Source of the DNA: a virus
DNA length: 41,992 nucleotides
Strand: one strand, 5' to 3'
IMG/VR virus record: IMGVR_UViG_3300033753_000082
The translations under genes and the position numbers were made by a program. Below are positions 23,297 through 33,115 of the stretch, in pieces; within the stretch, counting starts at the first letter, position 1, and each line of letters opens with the position of its first letter. Below the pieces are notes generated by a model that was not told the origin of the DNA, ran no database searches, and worked only from the letters and a program-made list of their open reading frames with translations.

Positions 23297-23749
23297 ATGG
23301 ACGAGCTGCCGCCGCTCGCCTCCATTGCAGCCTTTGAGAAGCGGCTCGGTCTTGCCCCCGGATCCTTGCAGGGGGCGGACCGAGTCCGCGCCGAGGCTGC
23401 GTTGGAGGATGCCTCCGCTCTCGTTCGGTCGGAGGCTGGCAAGTCATGGGTGGACGAGGAAGGGAACGTCACAGCCCCGCCAGCGGTTGTCACGGTCACG
23501 CTAAAGGCCGCCCGCCGCGAGTACATGAATCCGAACGGTTTTCAGTCGGAGCAAACGGGCCCGTTCATGTACACGCTGCCGCGTGGCGAAACCGGTGTAT
23601 ACCTCACCGAACCGGAAAAGAAGATCGTGAGGCGCGCCGCTGGGAAGCTCGGTATCGGGACTATTACGACTCCGAGCGCCTATACAGACCCGCTGCCGTT
23701 CCCGACCGGGACTCGTCTCCCTAAGGATCCGCCGCTCTGGGAGGTGTAA
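23297..23749 (+). CDS. Head-to-tail adaptor/connector protein
   Basis: Order and pattern (AEAALEDASALV...NPNGFQSEQTGPFMY) typical of gp6/gp15-like connectors. Confidence 0.7.
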   Translation: MDELPPLASIAAFEKRLGLAPGSLQGADRVRAEAALEDASALVRSEAGKSWVDEEGNVTAPPAVVTVTLKAARREYMNPNGFQSEQTGPFMYTLPRGETGVYLTEPEKKIVRRAAGKLGIGTITTPSAYTDPLPFPTGTRLPKDPPLWEV

Positions 23750-24081
23750 TGATCGGGGAGACGGTAACCATCCTGGCTAGGACGCAGACAGGAGCTGACC
23801 GCTACGGAAAGCCTATTTACGAGTGGCCGGAGCCTGGGACGCAGGTTCACGGTTGCGCTATCGCCCCTCGAACCTCCGAGGAGCCTGACCAAATCGCGAG
23901 AGCTTCTGTCTACGAGGGGCTGTCGATCTACATGCCCCCGGGCGTCTCTGTGGGCCCTCACGACAGAATCGTTGTCCGTGGAATCGTCTACGAGGTAGAC
24001 GGGGATCCTGGAGACTGGCGTAGTCCCTACAGCGCGTTTCCTCGCGGCGTGGTTGTGAACGTCAAACGCTGGGAGGGATGA
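23749..24081 (+). CDS. Head closure / head-tail joining protein
   Basis: 110 aa, TAATG overlap; DRYGKP...HGCAIAPRTSEE...YEVDGDPGDWRSP pattern. Confidence 0.7.
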   Translation: MIGETVTILARTQTGADRYGKPIYEWPEPGTQVHGCAIAPRTSEEPDQIARASVYEGLSIYMPPGVSVGPHDRIVVRGIVYEVDGDPGDWRSPYSAFPRGVVVNVKRWEG

Positions 24082-24084
24082 GCC

Positions 24085-24363
24085 GTGGCCAAGGTGAAGG
24101 TGAAGCTGAATAGCCCGGGCGTCAAGTCACTCCTGAATTCTAAGGGAGTTGAGAATCACCTACTCGATCTCGCAAAGAAGGTCGAGACGCAGGCCAAGGC
24201 CACGGCCCCGGTCCGCAGCGGCTCTTACCGCGACTCGATCAGGTCGTTTACGGAGCACACCGACCGCGCCGTAGCTCGGGTGATCGCTGACGTGGACTAC
24301 TCCCTGGCGCTGGAGGCCGGGACCGGAAACCTGACGAAGGCACTCGACGCGGCGGGGAGGTAG
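24085..24363 (+). CDS. HK97 gp10-like neck/tail completion protein
   Basis: N-terminus KVKLNSPGVKSLLNS...APVRSGSYRDSI resembles the gp10 family. Confidence 0.7.
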   Translation: MAKVKVKLNSPGVKSLLNSKGVENHLLDLAKKVETQAKATAPVRSGSYRDSIRSFTEHTDRAVARVIADVDYSLALEAGTGNLTKALDAAGR

Positions 24364-24366
24364 CAA

Positions 24367-24771
24367 GTGGCAGAGCTTGTCATCTTCCCCGACGCTGAGG
24401 CTTGGGCGTGTCAGTACCTGTCCGAGCGTCTTGGGCAGATCTCCGAGCCATACACGGCCGATGTCTACGTGTCGAACGAGGTCCCGACGACGCGAGCGCC
24501 GCGAATGGTGATAGTCCGCCGCGACGGTGGCCAGCGGCTGGACGTAGCCCGCGAGGTTGCCCGCCTGGGCGTCCGCGTCTTCGCCCCGTCCGACGAAGAA
24601 GTATCGGATCTAACTCAGATGGTGCGCGCTCTTCTTGCAGCGTCTGTCGGAGAGGGACCGGTCCGGCGGCACGTCGAAATCGCTGGGCCGTCTCGCATTC
24701 TCGAAGCGTCGCGCCATCCGGTCAGATTTTTCACAGTTGAGCTTACTGTCAGGGGAACATCTTATGGCTGA
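24367..24771 (+). CDS. Tail terminator protein
   Basis: 134 aa immediately before the major tail protein; pattern typical of actinophage tail terminators. Confidence 0.65.
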   Translation: MAELVIFPDAEAWACQYLSERLGQISEPYTADVYVSNEVPTTRAPRMVIVRRDGGQRLDVAREVARLGVRVFAPSDEEVSDLTQMVRALLAASVGEGPVRRHVEIAGPSRILEASRHPVRFFTVELTVRGTSYG

Positions 24772-25306
24772 TTCGAGCCTTGTTGACGTTGCCGTTACCG
24801 GCATCGTCGCCTATGCGGAAACCTCGGAGCCCGCGCCGGTTGACGCAGACACCCCGCTTTCCGAGAACTGGCGGGACGTCGGCTACATTTCCGAGGACGG
24901 AATTACCGAGGCGCGTGAGCGCTCAACGACCAACATTATCGCGTGGCAGAACGCCGAGGTTGTGCGGACGGTTACTACCGAGTCCAGCATGACCGTTTCG
25001 TTTACGATGATCGAGACCAACCCTAACAGCCTCGCGCTGTACTACGGTGCCGAGGTTGCCCCGGACGGTTCGATCGAGATTAACCCTGCCAACTCTGGCG
25101 GGCGTCGCTCGTTTGTCATTGACTACATCGACGGTGACAAGGTTGTTCGCCTTTACATTCCAGAAGGCGAGCTTACCGAGACTGGTGAGCAGACGCTGAC
25201 GTCTGGCGGTGCTGTCGGCTACGAGGTGACGATTACCGGCTACCCGTCGACGCTGGGTTACACGGCTAAGAAATGGTACTCGGCCTTGGCCGGTACCGGT
25301 AGCTAA
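24764..25306 (+). CDS. Major tail (tube) protein
   Basis: Internal ATG with AGGGGAA RBS and 8-nt overlap with the previous gene; followed by a strong hairpin and chaperone genes. Confidence 0.8.
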   Translation: MADSSLVDVAVTGIVAYAETSEPAPVDADTPLSENWRDVGYISEDGITEARERSTTNIIAWQNAEVVRTVTTESSMTVSFTMIETNPNSLALYYGAEVAPDGSIEINPANSGGRRSFVIDYIDGDKVVRLYIPEGELTETGEQTLTSGGAVGYEVTITGYPSTLGYTAKKWYSALAGTGS

Positions 25307-25314
25307 GTCTCAGG

Positions 25315-25344
25315 GGGACCGGTGAATGTGCGGGCACCGGTCCC
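25315..25344 (+). terminator. Hairpin after the major tail gene (partial terminator/attenuator)
   Basis: Perfect 10-bp stem GGGACCGGTG/CACCGGTCCC, 10-nt loop. Confidence 0.6.
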
Positions 25345-25391
25345 TCTCCCTCGCTTCCCGCACGTCCTGACCGCACACAGGAGGAAACCAA

Positions 25392-25691
25392 ATGTCGAAT
25401 TCCCGCAAGTCCGCTCTCCGTGGAACCGCGACCGAGCGAGAGGCTACTCGGGAGCTTTTCGAGTTTGACTGGAACGGCGCTACGTACTCCCTGCTCCCCG
25501 CGACCGAGATTCCGGCCGGTGTCTTCCGCAAGGTGGCTCGGATGGACAACGAGCTGGAGGCCATGTTCACGATCATTGAGGCGGTGGCGGACGAGGACGC
25601 ACTGTCGGCTTTGGACGAGATGCCTCTTGCCGAGTTCGGCGAGGTCTTCAAGCGCTGGCAGGAGCACTCCGGAGCGGGCCTGGGGGAATAA
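25392..25691 (+). CDS. Tail assembly chaperone (G-like, short product)
   Basis: Position between the tube and tape measure genes; acidic 99-aa protein. Confidence 0.8.
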   Translation: MSNSRKSALRGTATEREATRELFEFDWNGATYSLLPATEIPAGVFRKVARMDNELEAMFTIIEAVADEDALSALDEMPLAEFGEVFKRWQEHSGAGLGE

Positions 25692-26080
25692 TCACGCTCC
25701 TCATGCTTATTGAAGAGCATGAGGCAGCGTTTATCTATGACTGGCGCACGCGATTTGGCCTCCCGCTTCGAAGCGTCTTTGACGGGACGCTGACGTGGCA
25801 CGAGGCGTGGCAGCTTACTCAGGAGCTTTTCAAGGATCCTTCGTCGCACGTGGCCGCAGCCGTCTCTGGCATGCGTCATCCGTGGACGTATGAGTCGGCT
25901 ATCCTCGCGGACACGTTTGACTTGCTCGTTGCGGCCAACACCGAGGAAAAATCGCGTGGCCAGATTAAGCCGTACCCGAGGCCGTTCAGCAAGCGGACGG
26001 AAGGCGAAAGGTCGAAACGGCCTAATGCTTCTCAGATGGAAATACGTAAGGCTCTCGCTGCGCGAGGGCACCAAGTCTAG
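25392..26080 (+). CDS. Tail assembly chaperone, -1 frameshift fusion (G-T-like long product)
   Basis: The -1 frame is stop-free from at least 25622 through ORF 25703..26080; G5AA run (25682-25688) sits just before the stop TAA 25689-25691. Confidence 0.65.
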
Positions 26081-26091
26081 GGAGGTGACGA

Positions 26092-28584
26092 ATGGCGGAA
26101 GGGACCGAAGTCGCTAAGGCATTCGTCACCCTTATCCCGTCGTTCAGGGGCGGCAAAAAGCGGATTGAGAACGAGCTAGGCGGAATCATAGTCGGAGGCT
26201 CGAAGAAGGGCGGCCGAGCTGGCGGTGTCGCCGCTGCCGCCGCTATTGGCGCGGGTCTGAAAAAGGGCGGTCTAGCAGTCACCGCCGCCGCTATCGGTGT
26301 TCTAGGCGTAGCCCTGCAAAAGGGCTTCAGTCGTTTAACCGCGATCGAGGACGCTCAGTCAAAGCTCACAGGTCTAGGCCACAGCGCAAAGACGGTTGAA
26401 ACAATCATGACCAACGCGCTGAACGCTGTACGGGGCACAGCGTTCGGCCTAGACGAAGCGGCTACTATCGCCGCTAGCGTCGTGGCCGCTGGCGTCAAGC
26501 CGGGGCAGGAGTTAGAGAAAACACTCAAGCTCGTTGCCGACGCGGCCACCATAGCGGGTACCTCACTAGGTGACATGGGCTCTATCTTCAACCAGGTTGC
26601 GGCCGGTAACCGGTTGACGATGGAGGAAGTCAACCGTCTCTCTGACCGAGGAATCCCGATCCTCCAGATGCTGGGTAAAGAGTTCGGGGTGACCGCCCTC
26701 GAAGCCCGCAAGATGGTTGAGGAAGGGGAGGTTGACTTTAAGGAATTTCGCAAGGTCATTGAGGAAAACATGGCCGGTGCGGCCTTGGAGTCCGGAGAGA
26801 CGACGCGAGGTGCTTTCGCTAACGTCGGCGCGGCCCTAGCCAGGTTCGGAGCGGCGCTCCTGTCCGGCGTATTCCCGCACCTAAAGACCGTCTTCAACGG
26901 GATGATCACCCTCATTGACAACGCCACGGCGAAGGTCGGCCCGTTCGTTGACGCGGTGAGCAAGCGGATAGGCGCAGCATTCCAGGCAGCGCTTCCGTAC
27001 GTTCAGGCATTCATCCGTGGGTTCCAAGGATTCACCGCCAGTGGCGGTGGGCCGTTCGTTGTGTTCGTGAACGCCGGTAACAAGGTGCGCCAGGTCCTTG
27101 ACAGGATACTCCCAGCCCTGTCATCGGTCAGTAACACGGCGCGCTCCACGCTACTACCTACGCTGGTCGGGCTCGGCCGGACTCTGCTTCCGCTGGCTAG
27201 CTCAATCCTGAGCGCATTTGGTCGAGTCGCTCCCGCCGTCGCCAAGGTGGCCGCCGCTATCGGCCGTTTTATCGGGGCCATTTTGCCCCCGATTATGAGC
27301 CTTGCTCGGCAAGTTGTTCAGATCCTAGCTCCGGCGTTTCGTCAGATCGGCCTAATCGTCGCAAACGAGGTTGCCCCGAACCTCGTTAAACTACTGGACG
27401 CGCTAGCCCCGATCGCTAAATGGATCGTTGAGCGCATGGCGCCGGTGGTTGTATCGGCCCTTAAAGGCATCGTTGAGGCCGTTAAGGGCGGGCTTGAGGT
27501 TCTAAGCGGCGTAATTAAGGTCTTTGTTGGTATCTTTACGCTAGACTGGGACACGGCTTGGAGCGGTATCAAGCAAATCTTCAGCGGCGCGCTCACGGCC
27601 ATTGTTGGCGTTGTGAAGAACGGCTTCAACATTATTAAGGAGACGTTTAACAGCGCCGTCGAGGCAATCACGTCCATCGTGGGTGCGCTTGGTACGCGGA
27701 TCACGATCCTGATCACTAAGCTGTGGGCTGGAATCAAGAGTAACTTCCAGAGCAGCATTAACGCGACCATTCAGTTCTGGGCTAATTTCTTCGCTAAGGC
27801 GCTTTCCATCGCCAAATCTACGTGGAACTCGATCAAGGCCGCGTTCACCTCTGCGCTTAACTCGGTAAAAAGTGCGGTAAGCTCCGGACTTAACTCTGTT
27901 GTATCGTTCTTCCGTAGCTCGTTCTCCAGCGCTAAGCAAGTTACATCGTCCGCGTGGAACTCTATCCGCTCCGCCATTTCTAGCGCGGCGTCCGGGGCGG
28001 TCGAGCGCATCCGTAGCGCGTGGAACACCGCCAAGACCGCGACGTCGAACGCATGGAACTCAATTAAGGCTGCGCTCAGGAGCGCCATTGACGGATTGCT
28101 TGGCGTCCTGCGGGGGCTTCCCGGCAGGATCAAATCGGCGGTCGGTGACCTGAGCGGTGTGCTGTTCGAGGCCGGACGATCTATCATCCGAGGGCTCATC
28201 CGAGGAATTGAAAACATGATCGGAGCGCTCCGCAGCAAGCTTAAGAGCGTCACGGACATGATCCCCAAGGTTAAGGGACCGCTCCCCGTCGACCTTAAGC
28301 TGCTTGAACCGGCCGGCAAGGCCATCATGACCGGCCTTATTCGAGGTATCGAGGAGCGAGCCGCTGACCTACGCCGGACGCTAGTGTCGATTACTCGGGA
28401 CATCCCGGGTATGAGTGGGGGACTCGATCTCCGCAACCTCGAACGCTACAAGCTGGGCGCGGCGGCTGTTGGCGGTGGCGATACGTACATCTTCAACGGT
28501 CGCAACCTTGACATCAACGAGCGCACCATCGGCCCGATCATCTACGGCCAGAGATTGCGTGCGAGGGTTAGGAGGCCTAGATAA
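26092..28584 (+). CDS. Tape measure protein
   Basis: 830 aa, Ala/Gly/Ser-rich helical, TM-like segments, 11-residue-phased W repeats; canonical position. Confidence 0.9.
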   Translation: MAEGTEVAKAFVTLIPSFRGGKKRIENELGGIIVGGSKKGGRAGGVAAAAAIGAGLKKGGLAVTAAAIGVLGVALQKGFSRLTAIEDAQSKLTGLGHSAKTVETIMTNALNAVRGTAFGLDEAATIAASVVAAGVKPGQELEKTLKLVADAATIAGTSLGDMGSIFNQVAAGNRLTMEEVNRLSDRGIPILQMLGKEFGVTALEARKMVEEGEVDFKEFRKVIEENMAGAALESGETTRGAFANVGAALARFGAALLSGVFPHLKTVFNGMITLIDNATAKVGPFVDAVSKRIGAAFQAALPYVQAFIRGFQGFTASGGGPFVVFVNAGNKVRQVLDRILPALSSVSNTARSTLLPTLVGLGRTLLPLASSILSAFGRVAPAVAKVAAAIGRFIGAILPPIMSLARQVVQILAPAFRQIGLIVANEVAPNLVKLLDALAPIAKWIVERMAPVVVSALKGIVEAVKGGLEVLSGVIKVFVGIFTLDWDTAWSGIKQIFSGALTAIVGVVKNGFNIIKETFNSAVEAITSIVGALGTRITILITKLWAGIKSNFQSSINATIQFWANFFAKALSIAKSTWNSIKAAFTSALNSVKSAVSSGLNSVVSFFRSSFSSAKQVTSSAWNSIRSAISSAASGAVERIRSAWNTAKTATSNAWNSIKAALRSAIDGLLGVLRGLPGRIKSAVGDLSGVLFEAGRSIIRGLIRGIENMIGALRSKLKSVTDMIPKVKGPLPVDLKLLEPAGKAIMTGLIRGIEERAADLRRTLVSITRDIPGMSGGLDLRNLERYKLGAAAVGGGDTYIFNGRNLDINERTIGPIIYGQRLRARVRRPR

Positions 28585-29541
28585 ATGCCTTTGCTCGTTC
28601 CTCGTTCCGTTCCGGAACCTACCCAACCACCGACTACGCCAGAGCCGCCGCCTAGTAGCGCTTTCGCTATCGGCGCTACGTGGACAGCTCCGGACGGGAC
28701 GACCCTCGATCTTATGGACCAGGGTTCGGAAACGGGCATCATGATTCGCGGCGACGGGGTAGCGGGATTCGGTGCGGTTCCTCGTGAGGTCACCCGAATC
28801 CCGCTACCCGCCGGCGGATCTCAGGTCCGTTGGTCCCGGGCGGACGAACGCATCATCACGCTGCCGCTGATGATCTACGCACCAACGCCGACGGAGTTCC
28901 TGACTCTCAGGCGCAGAGTGACTCGTGCGTTCACTCAGACGACCCCATCGGCCGGTATCCCGCAGCCAGGGACGCTTCGCATCACGCGGCCCGACGGCAC
29001 GTGGCGCGAGATCTCCGGGGTCTACCTGTCAGGCCTGGACTGGGAAGACCAAGCGCTTCAGGGTGCCGTCTACGACCTTCTTGTCATTCAGCTACTGTGC
29101 GAGCCGTGGTGGCGCGGCGATACGGTCGTTGAGCTTGAATTTGGTTACGCCGCCCCCCGCGACTACCTAAACCCGTACGAGACGGTGAGCCCTGACAGGA
29201 CGCTAGGCGAGGCCAGCGTCACCATCCTCGGTGACGTGGACGCGTTGCCGATCTGGACGATCACTGGCCCAGCTACGTCTGTAACCGTCCGCTACCCGGG
29301 ACTCGGCCCAGGCTGGACGTTCGGCCAGATCGACCCCGGGGAGACGATCACCATCAACGTCGAAAACTCCACGGTCACGGACAACACTGGAGCTAACCGT
29401 ATCGGGAACATCGCGTGGCCGACGTCTCGGCTGTTCACGCTTCACCCCGGCCGTAACAATCTGCTCCTCTCCATCACCGGGGGAGCGGATGGGCAATCCA
29501 GCATCCGGCTTAGCTACCGGCCGAGATGGGAGACAGCATGA
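28585..29541 (+). CDS. Distal tail (Dit-like) minor tail protein
   Basis: First gene after the tape measure; size and order. Confidence 0.7.
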   Translation: MPLLVPRSVPEPTQPPTTPEPPPSSAFAIGATWTAPDGTTLDLMDQGSETGIMIRGDGVAGFGAVPREVTRIPLPAGGSQVRWSRADERIITLPLMIYAPTPTEFLTLRRRVTRAFTQTTPSAGIPQPGTLRITRPDGTWREISGVYLSGLDWEDQALQGAVYDLLVIQLLCEPWWRGDTVVELEFGYAAPRDYLNPYETVSPDRTLGEASVTILGDVDALPIWTITGPATSVTVRYPGLGPGWTFGQIDPGETITINVENSTVTDNTGANRIGNIAWPTSRLFTLHPGRNNLLLSITGGADGQSSIRLSYRPRWETA

Positions 29542-30695
29542 GATGGACGCTTCTAGCTCGGGACGCGTCTAGGCGCATTGTCGGCGTTATTCCGGCCGGC
29601 TCGTTCAAGCTCACGCTGCGACACAACGAAGTCGGATCCTGGACGCTGAGCGTCCCACGCGAGCTAACTCCCGAAGGGTGGCCAGAACCCGGCTCCGGGC
29701 TTATCTTCCTCCGAGAGGGTAAAGTCGTTGCATCCGGAAACGTGGATGAAGAGACTTTCTCGTGGTCCGCAGACTCGACCGGCGACAGCGGCGGTACCGG
29801 GAAGTGGGAGCTAACCGGTGACACTGACCTCGGCCGCATCGCATACCGGATCGTCTACCCAAGCCACAACCGGCCCTGGAGTCAACAGAACATCGAAGCC
29901 CATTTCGAGAGCACGGACTACGCGAACACACTTCTAAGGCGTCTCGTCAGTCGACAGGCCGGGCCTGACGCGCTCCCAAGCCGGCGTGTACAGGGTCTGT
30001 ACCTTCGCCAGGGTGAGCCTCAGCTTGGGGACCAGTTTACGGCGAAGTTACGGTTTACCCCCCTCCTAGAGGCCATGCGATCGATCGCGCTCACCGGAGG
30101 CGGCCTCGCCTTTGACATCGTCGACGATTTGGCCGGCGGACTGGAGTTCCGTACTTGGCAGCCGGCGGACCGATCGAACGTTGCGCAATTCGGCGTTGAG
30201 ATCGGTAACGTCGTGAACCTCAATGTACGGCGTAGCTCGCCAGTGTGCACGGCTGCGCTAGTCGCGGCGCAAGGTGAGGGCACTGATCGGTTCACGTATG
30301 AACAGTCCGACGATGACGCGGTGGCGCGTTGGGGGCGTCGAGAAATGTTCATCGATCAGCGGCAGGCCGGAGATGCGGAAATAGACGTCATCACCCAAGC
30401 CGCTGATGAGGCCTTAGCGGAGAACGGCGAGCAGACGTCCGTATCGGCCGAAATCATCGATACGCCGACCGTGCAATGGGGCAGAGACTACGGACTCGGA
30501 GACAAGGTTTCTGTGTTGACTCCGTTCGGGCAAGTCTCTGACCTAGTTCGAGAGGTAGATATCGAGGTTGACGAGGGCGGCGTGGAAACCATCCGCTCTG
30601 TCATCGGCACCGTTGACCCAATGACTGACGATCCTCTGGCCGCCACTGTTGAGAAGCTTATGGCTAGAATTTCGCAACTTGAAAGGGCTCTATAG
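29538..30695 (+). CDS. Minor tail protein (Tal/Gp37-like baseplate hub)
   Basis: ATGA overlap start; second gene after the tape measure. Confidence 0.7.
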   Translation: MRWTLLARDASRRIVGVIPAGSFKLTLRHNEVGSWTLSVPRELTPEGWPEPGSGLIFLREGKVVASGNVDEETFSWSADSTGDSGGTGKWELTGDTDLGRIAYRIVYPSHNRPWSQQNIEAHFESTDYANTLLRRLVSRQAGPDALPSRRVQGLYLRQGEPQLGDQFTAKLRFTPLLEAMRSIALTGGGLAFDIVDDLAGGLEFRTWQPADRSNVAQFGVEIGNVVNLNVRRSSPVCTAALVAAQGEGTDRFTYEQSDDDAVARWGRREMFIDQRQAGDAEIDVITQAADEALAENGEQTSVSAEIIDTPTVQWGRDYGLGDKVSVLTPFGQVSDLVREVDIEVDEGGVETIRSVIGTVDPMTDDPLAATVEKLMARISQLERAL

Positions 30696-31556
30696 ATGGC
30701 TGTTGATTTGTGGCCATACTCGCAGCGGGAGAGCGGACGGGTAACAGACCTTGAGCACGAGGCGCTTTGGACGCCGATCGCTGACGGCATCCTCCCCGGA
30801 GAGTCGTCAACCGCTCTCCGAGTCTCGGTTGCCGGCGGCTCGTGGACGGTTAACCCTGGCCGAATTCACATCGCTGGACACGTTCTAAACGTCACGGAGC
30901 CTGAGACTGGTGCTGTTCCTCCGCCTGCGTCGCTGACTCGTCACTGCGTCGTTGCCGCATACGTCGACAGAACCTCCTCACCGTGGACATACGGAATCCG
31001 GCTCATCCAAGGAGGCCCGGGAGGTACGCGTCCGATTCCTCAGCGGTCCCGGACCGGCCGCTACGAGGTTGCTTTGGGGACGTTCACCGTCAGTCCGTCT
31101 GGTGCCGTGAGCGCTGTCACTGATGACCGGATCTTCCTGTCCCCGGCCGGCGTCGCGCTTCCACCGTCCAAGCAAGTCGCCGACTCGACCGATTTCAACT
31201 GGTCCAGTGACCAGTGGTCGAACGGTGACCCCGTTGTAGGTACCGAATTCGTAGCCCCACCGTCAGGCAAGGTGAAGGTGGAAGTCTTCTATTACGGTCA
31301 GGGCACGAGTAATGCGTTGCTCGTGACGGCCTTTTCCATCCGGCAAGGTAGCTCCGCTGGTCCGGTCATCTACAACAACACTACGTATGACGGCCCTATC
31401 CTCTCGTCCAACGCCGCTCAGACTGTCTCAAAGATCGTGTCCGGCCTGACTCCGTGGCAGACGTACTACATCCGGCTCGCGCACCGGTCGACACAGAACG
31501 GCGTTCCGGTTGTGATTCGTCACCGTCGACTGTCTGTCGAACCGCTGGTTAGCTAG
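30696..31556 (+). CDS. Minor tail protein
   Basis: Order in the tail-tip module. Confidence 0.65.
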   Translation: MAVDLWPYSQRESGRVTDLEHEALWTPIADGILPGESSTALRVSVAGGSWTVNPGRIHIAGHVLNVTEPETGAVPPPASLTRHCVVAAYVDRTSSPWTYGIRLIQGGPGGTRPIPQRSRTGRYEVALGTFTVSPSGAVSAVTDDRIFLSPAGVALPPSKQVADSTDFNWSSDQWSNGDPVVGTEFVAPPSGKVKVEVFYYGQGTSNALLVTAFSIRQGSSAGPVIYNNTTYDGPILSSNAAQTVSKIVSGLTPWQTYYIRLAHRSTQNGVPVVIRHRRLSVEPLVS

Positions 31557-31568
31557 GAGGCTTAGCAC

Positions 31569-32375
31569 ATGGCACGTTACGAGTTTGGCGGGGTCATGGC
31601 CGCATGGATCGTTTCTACGGTGCCGGGAGATCCTGAGGGTACCGAATTCGTCACCCTGCCAGCCGGGCCCACCACGTTGGAAATCTACGACGCGCCCGAT
31701 GGAGAGCTGGTCGCGGACTTCATTGACGAGAATGGCAACCCGACCGCAGAGATCACGATCCCGGACGGTGACCCGTACATCCCTCGATTCCAAGGACCGG
31801 ACGGCGCAGAGTCGCTCTGGGTTCAGGCCGCGAACGGACGCTGGCTTCCGCTGCCGCGATGGGACGACGGATCGGGCGCGGGCGGCGACCCCGACACGGT
31901 GAAGCTGAGCGGCGGGAACGTCTACGAATACGAGGAGTCCAACGTCGGTCCGTGGCTCGTTGTCCGGAAGCCCGACGACAATTCAGACTCAACCGACTGG
32001 CCCAACATGCTGGAGTTCCAGTACTGGGACAACTCCACGAACCGGTACAGGCTCGGCTTCCACCTCAATGAAAAGATGCTGCTCCGAGTCCGGGGCGTCA
32101 CGCCGAATGACGTAGCGGTTCGGTTTATGGCGCACCCGAACCTGAACGCTCAGTGGCCGGTTATGGAGGTCACTAAGGACAACAACGCGGAGAAAGTCTT
32201 CCAGGTCTTCGAGCGTCAGGTGACCTCGCACGTCGGCGTTCAGGTTCCTTTCCTCGTGAACCCGCAGGGCGAGCGGCTCTACTTCGGCACGGCCGATCCG
32301 GCCACGGACCCCGCGTACGCGGACTACCGTCCGAACGTCGGCGACGTGTGGCTTGACTTCAACGGGGAGGCGTGA
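31569..32375 (+). CDS. Minor tail protein (possible receptor-binding)
   Basis: Order in the tail-tip module; RBS AGGAGG. Confidence 0.6.
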   Translation: MARYEFGGVMAAWIVSTVPGDPEGTEFVTLPAGPTTLEIYDAPDGELVADFIDENGNPTAEITIPDGDPYIPRFQGPDGAESLWVQAANGRWLPLPRWDDGSGAGGDPDTVKLSGGNVYEYEESNVGPWLVVRKPDDNSDSTDWPNMLEFQYWDNSTNRYRLGFHLNEKMLLRVRGVTPNDVAVRFMAHPNLNAQWPVMEVTKDNNAEKVFQVFERQVTSHVGVQVPFLVNPQGERLYFGTADPATDPAYADYRPNVGDVWLDFNGEA

Positions 32376-33094
32376 CAGTGGCTCTGGAGTTTCGTAGCGC
32401 GGCCGCTGGAGAGGACACCGGTGACTTCGCCGAGGTCACCGTTCCATCGGACGTTGAACCAGGTGACTTGCTCATCGCTGTTGTCTCGGTCAACAGCAAT
32501 ATCTACGAGACCTGGACTCCGGACGGTTGGGTTGCCCTGCAGGCGGGTATCGCCGGTAGCTCGTGGGGCGGCCTGTACATGCGCAGGGCCGAAGCTGGCG
32601 ATGCTGACAGAATTTTCCAGTTCCCGTCGACAGCTACCGGCGGCTCCGCCAAGGAAATTGTGTCGCTCGCCGCGTACTACTCGGACACCCCGAACAAGTA
32701 CGCGGCGGTAGGTTCGTCGGCCGTTCGTCTTGAGTCTTCGTCATCAGCGGACCACAACATTCCTGACATCGACGTTGAGGAGCTTCCCTGCATCGTCGTT
32801 ACCGGCATCGCCAAAAAGGGCTCTACCGTAACCACGCTTACGCCGCCATCAGGTTTCACCCTTCGCGGTACGCCCGCGATCACCGGAGGATCGTCGAATA
32901 ATGGCACCGCGATCGCAGACCAAGCGGCAGAAAGCACCGGAACGGTCTCCGGAGTGTGGAGCACTGGTGTAGCGAACCGGGCGGCTCAAACATTCTCCCT
33001 CACCATCGTTGAGGCGGACGCGCCGGTTATTCCGCCGCTCCCGAAGCCAGTTATGCGGCGCTGGAACGGTGTTTCGTGGTCGCTAATTGGCTAA
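32372..33094 (+). CDS. Minor tail protein (possible receptor-binding)
   Basis: GTGA overlap; last gene of the tail-tip module. Confidence 0.6.
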   Translation: MTVALEFRSAAAGEDTGDFAEVTVPSDVEPGDLLIAVVSVNSNIYETWTPDGWVALQAGIAGSSWGGLYMRRAEAGDADRIFQFPSTATGGSAKEIVSLAAYYSDTPNKYAAVGSSAVRLESSSSADHNIPDIDVEELPCIVVTGIAKKGSTVTTLTPPSGFTLRGTPAITGGSSNNGTAIADQAAESTGTVSGVWSTGVANRAAQTFSLTIVEADAPVIPPLPKPVMRRWNGVSWSLIG

Positions 33095-33115
33095 TAGCTT
33101 TCCTCTTTTGAGGAG

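Noticed and set aside
24709-24737. Possible internal promoter (CACAGTTGAG) in front of the major tail gene
   Set aside because: The -10-like CACAGT has only a poor -35 (TCGCGC) and no phased NGTTG partners, so the single match is compatible with chance.
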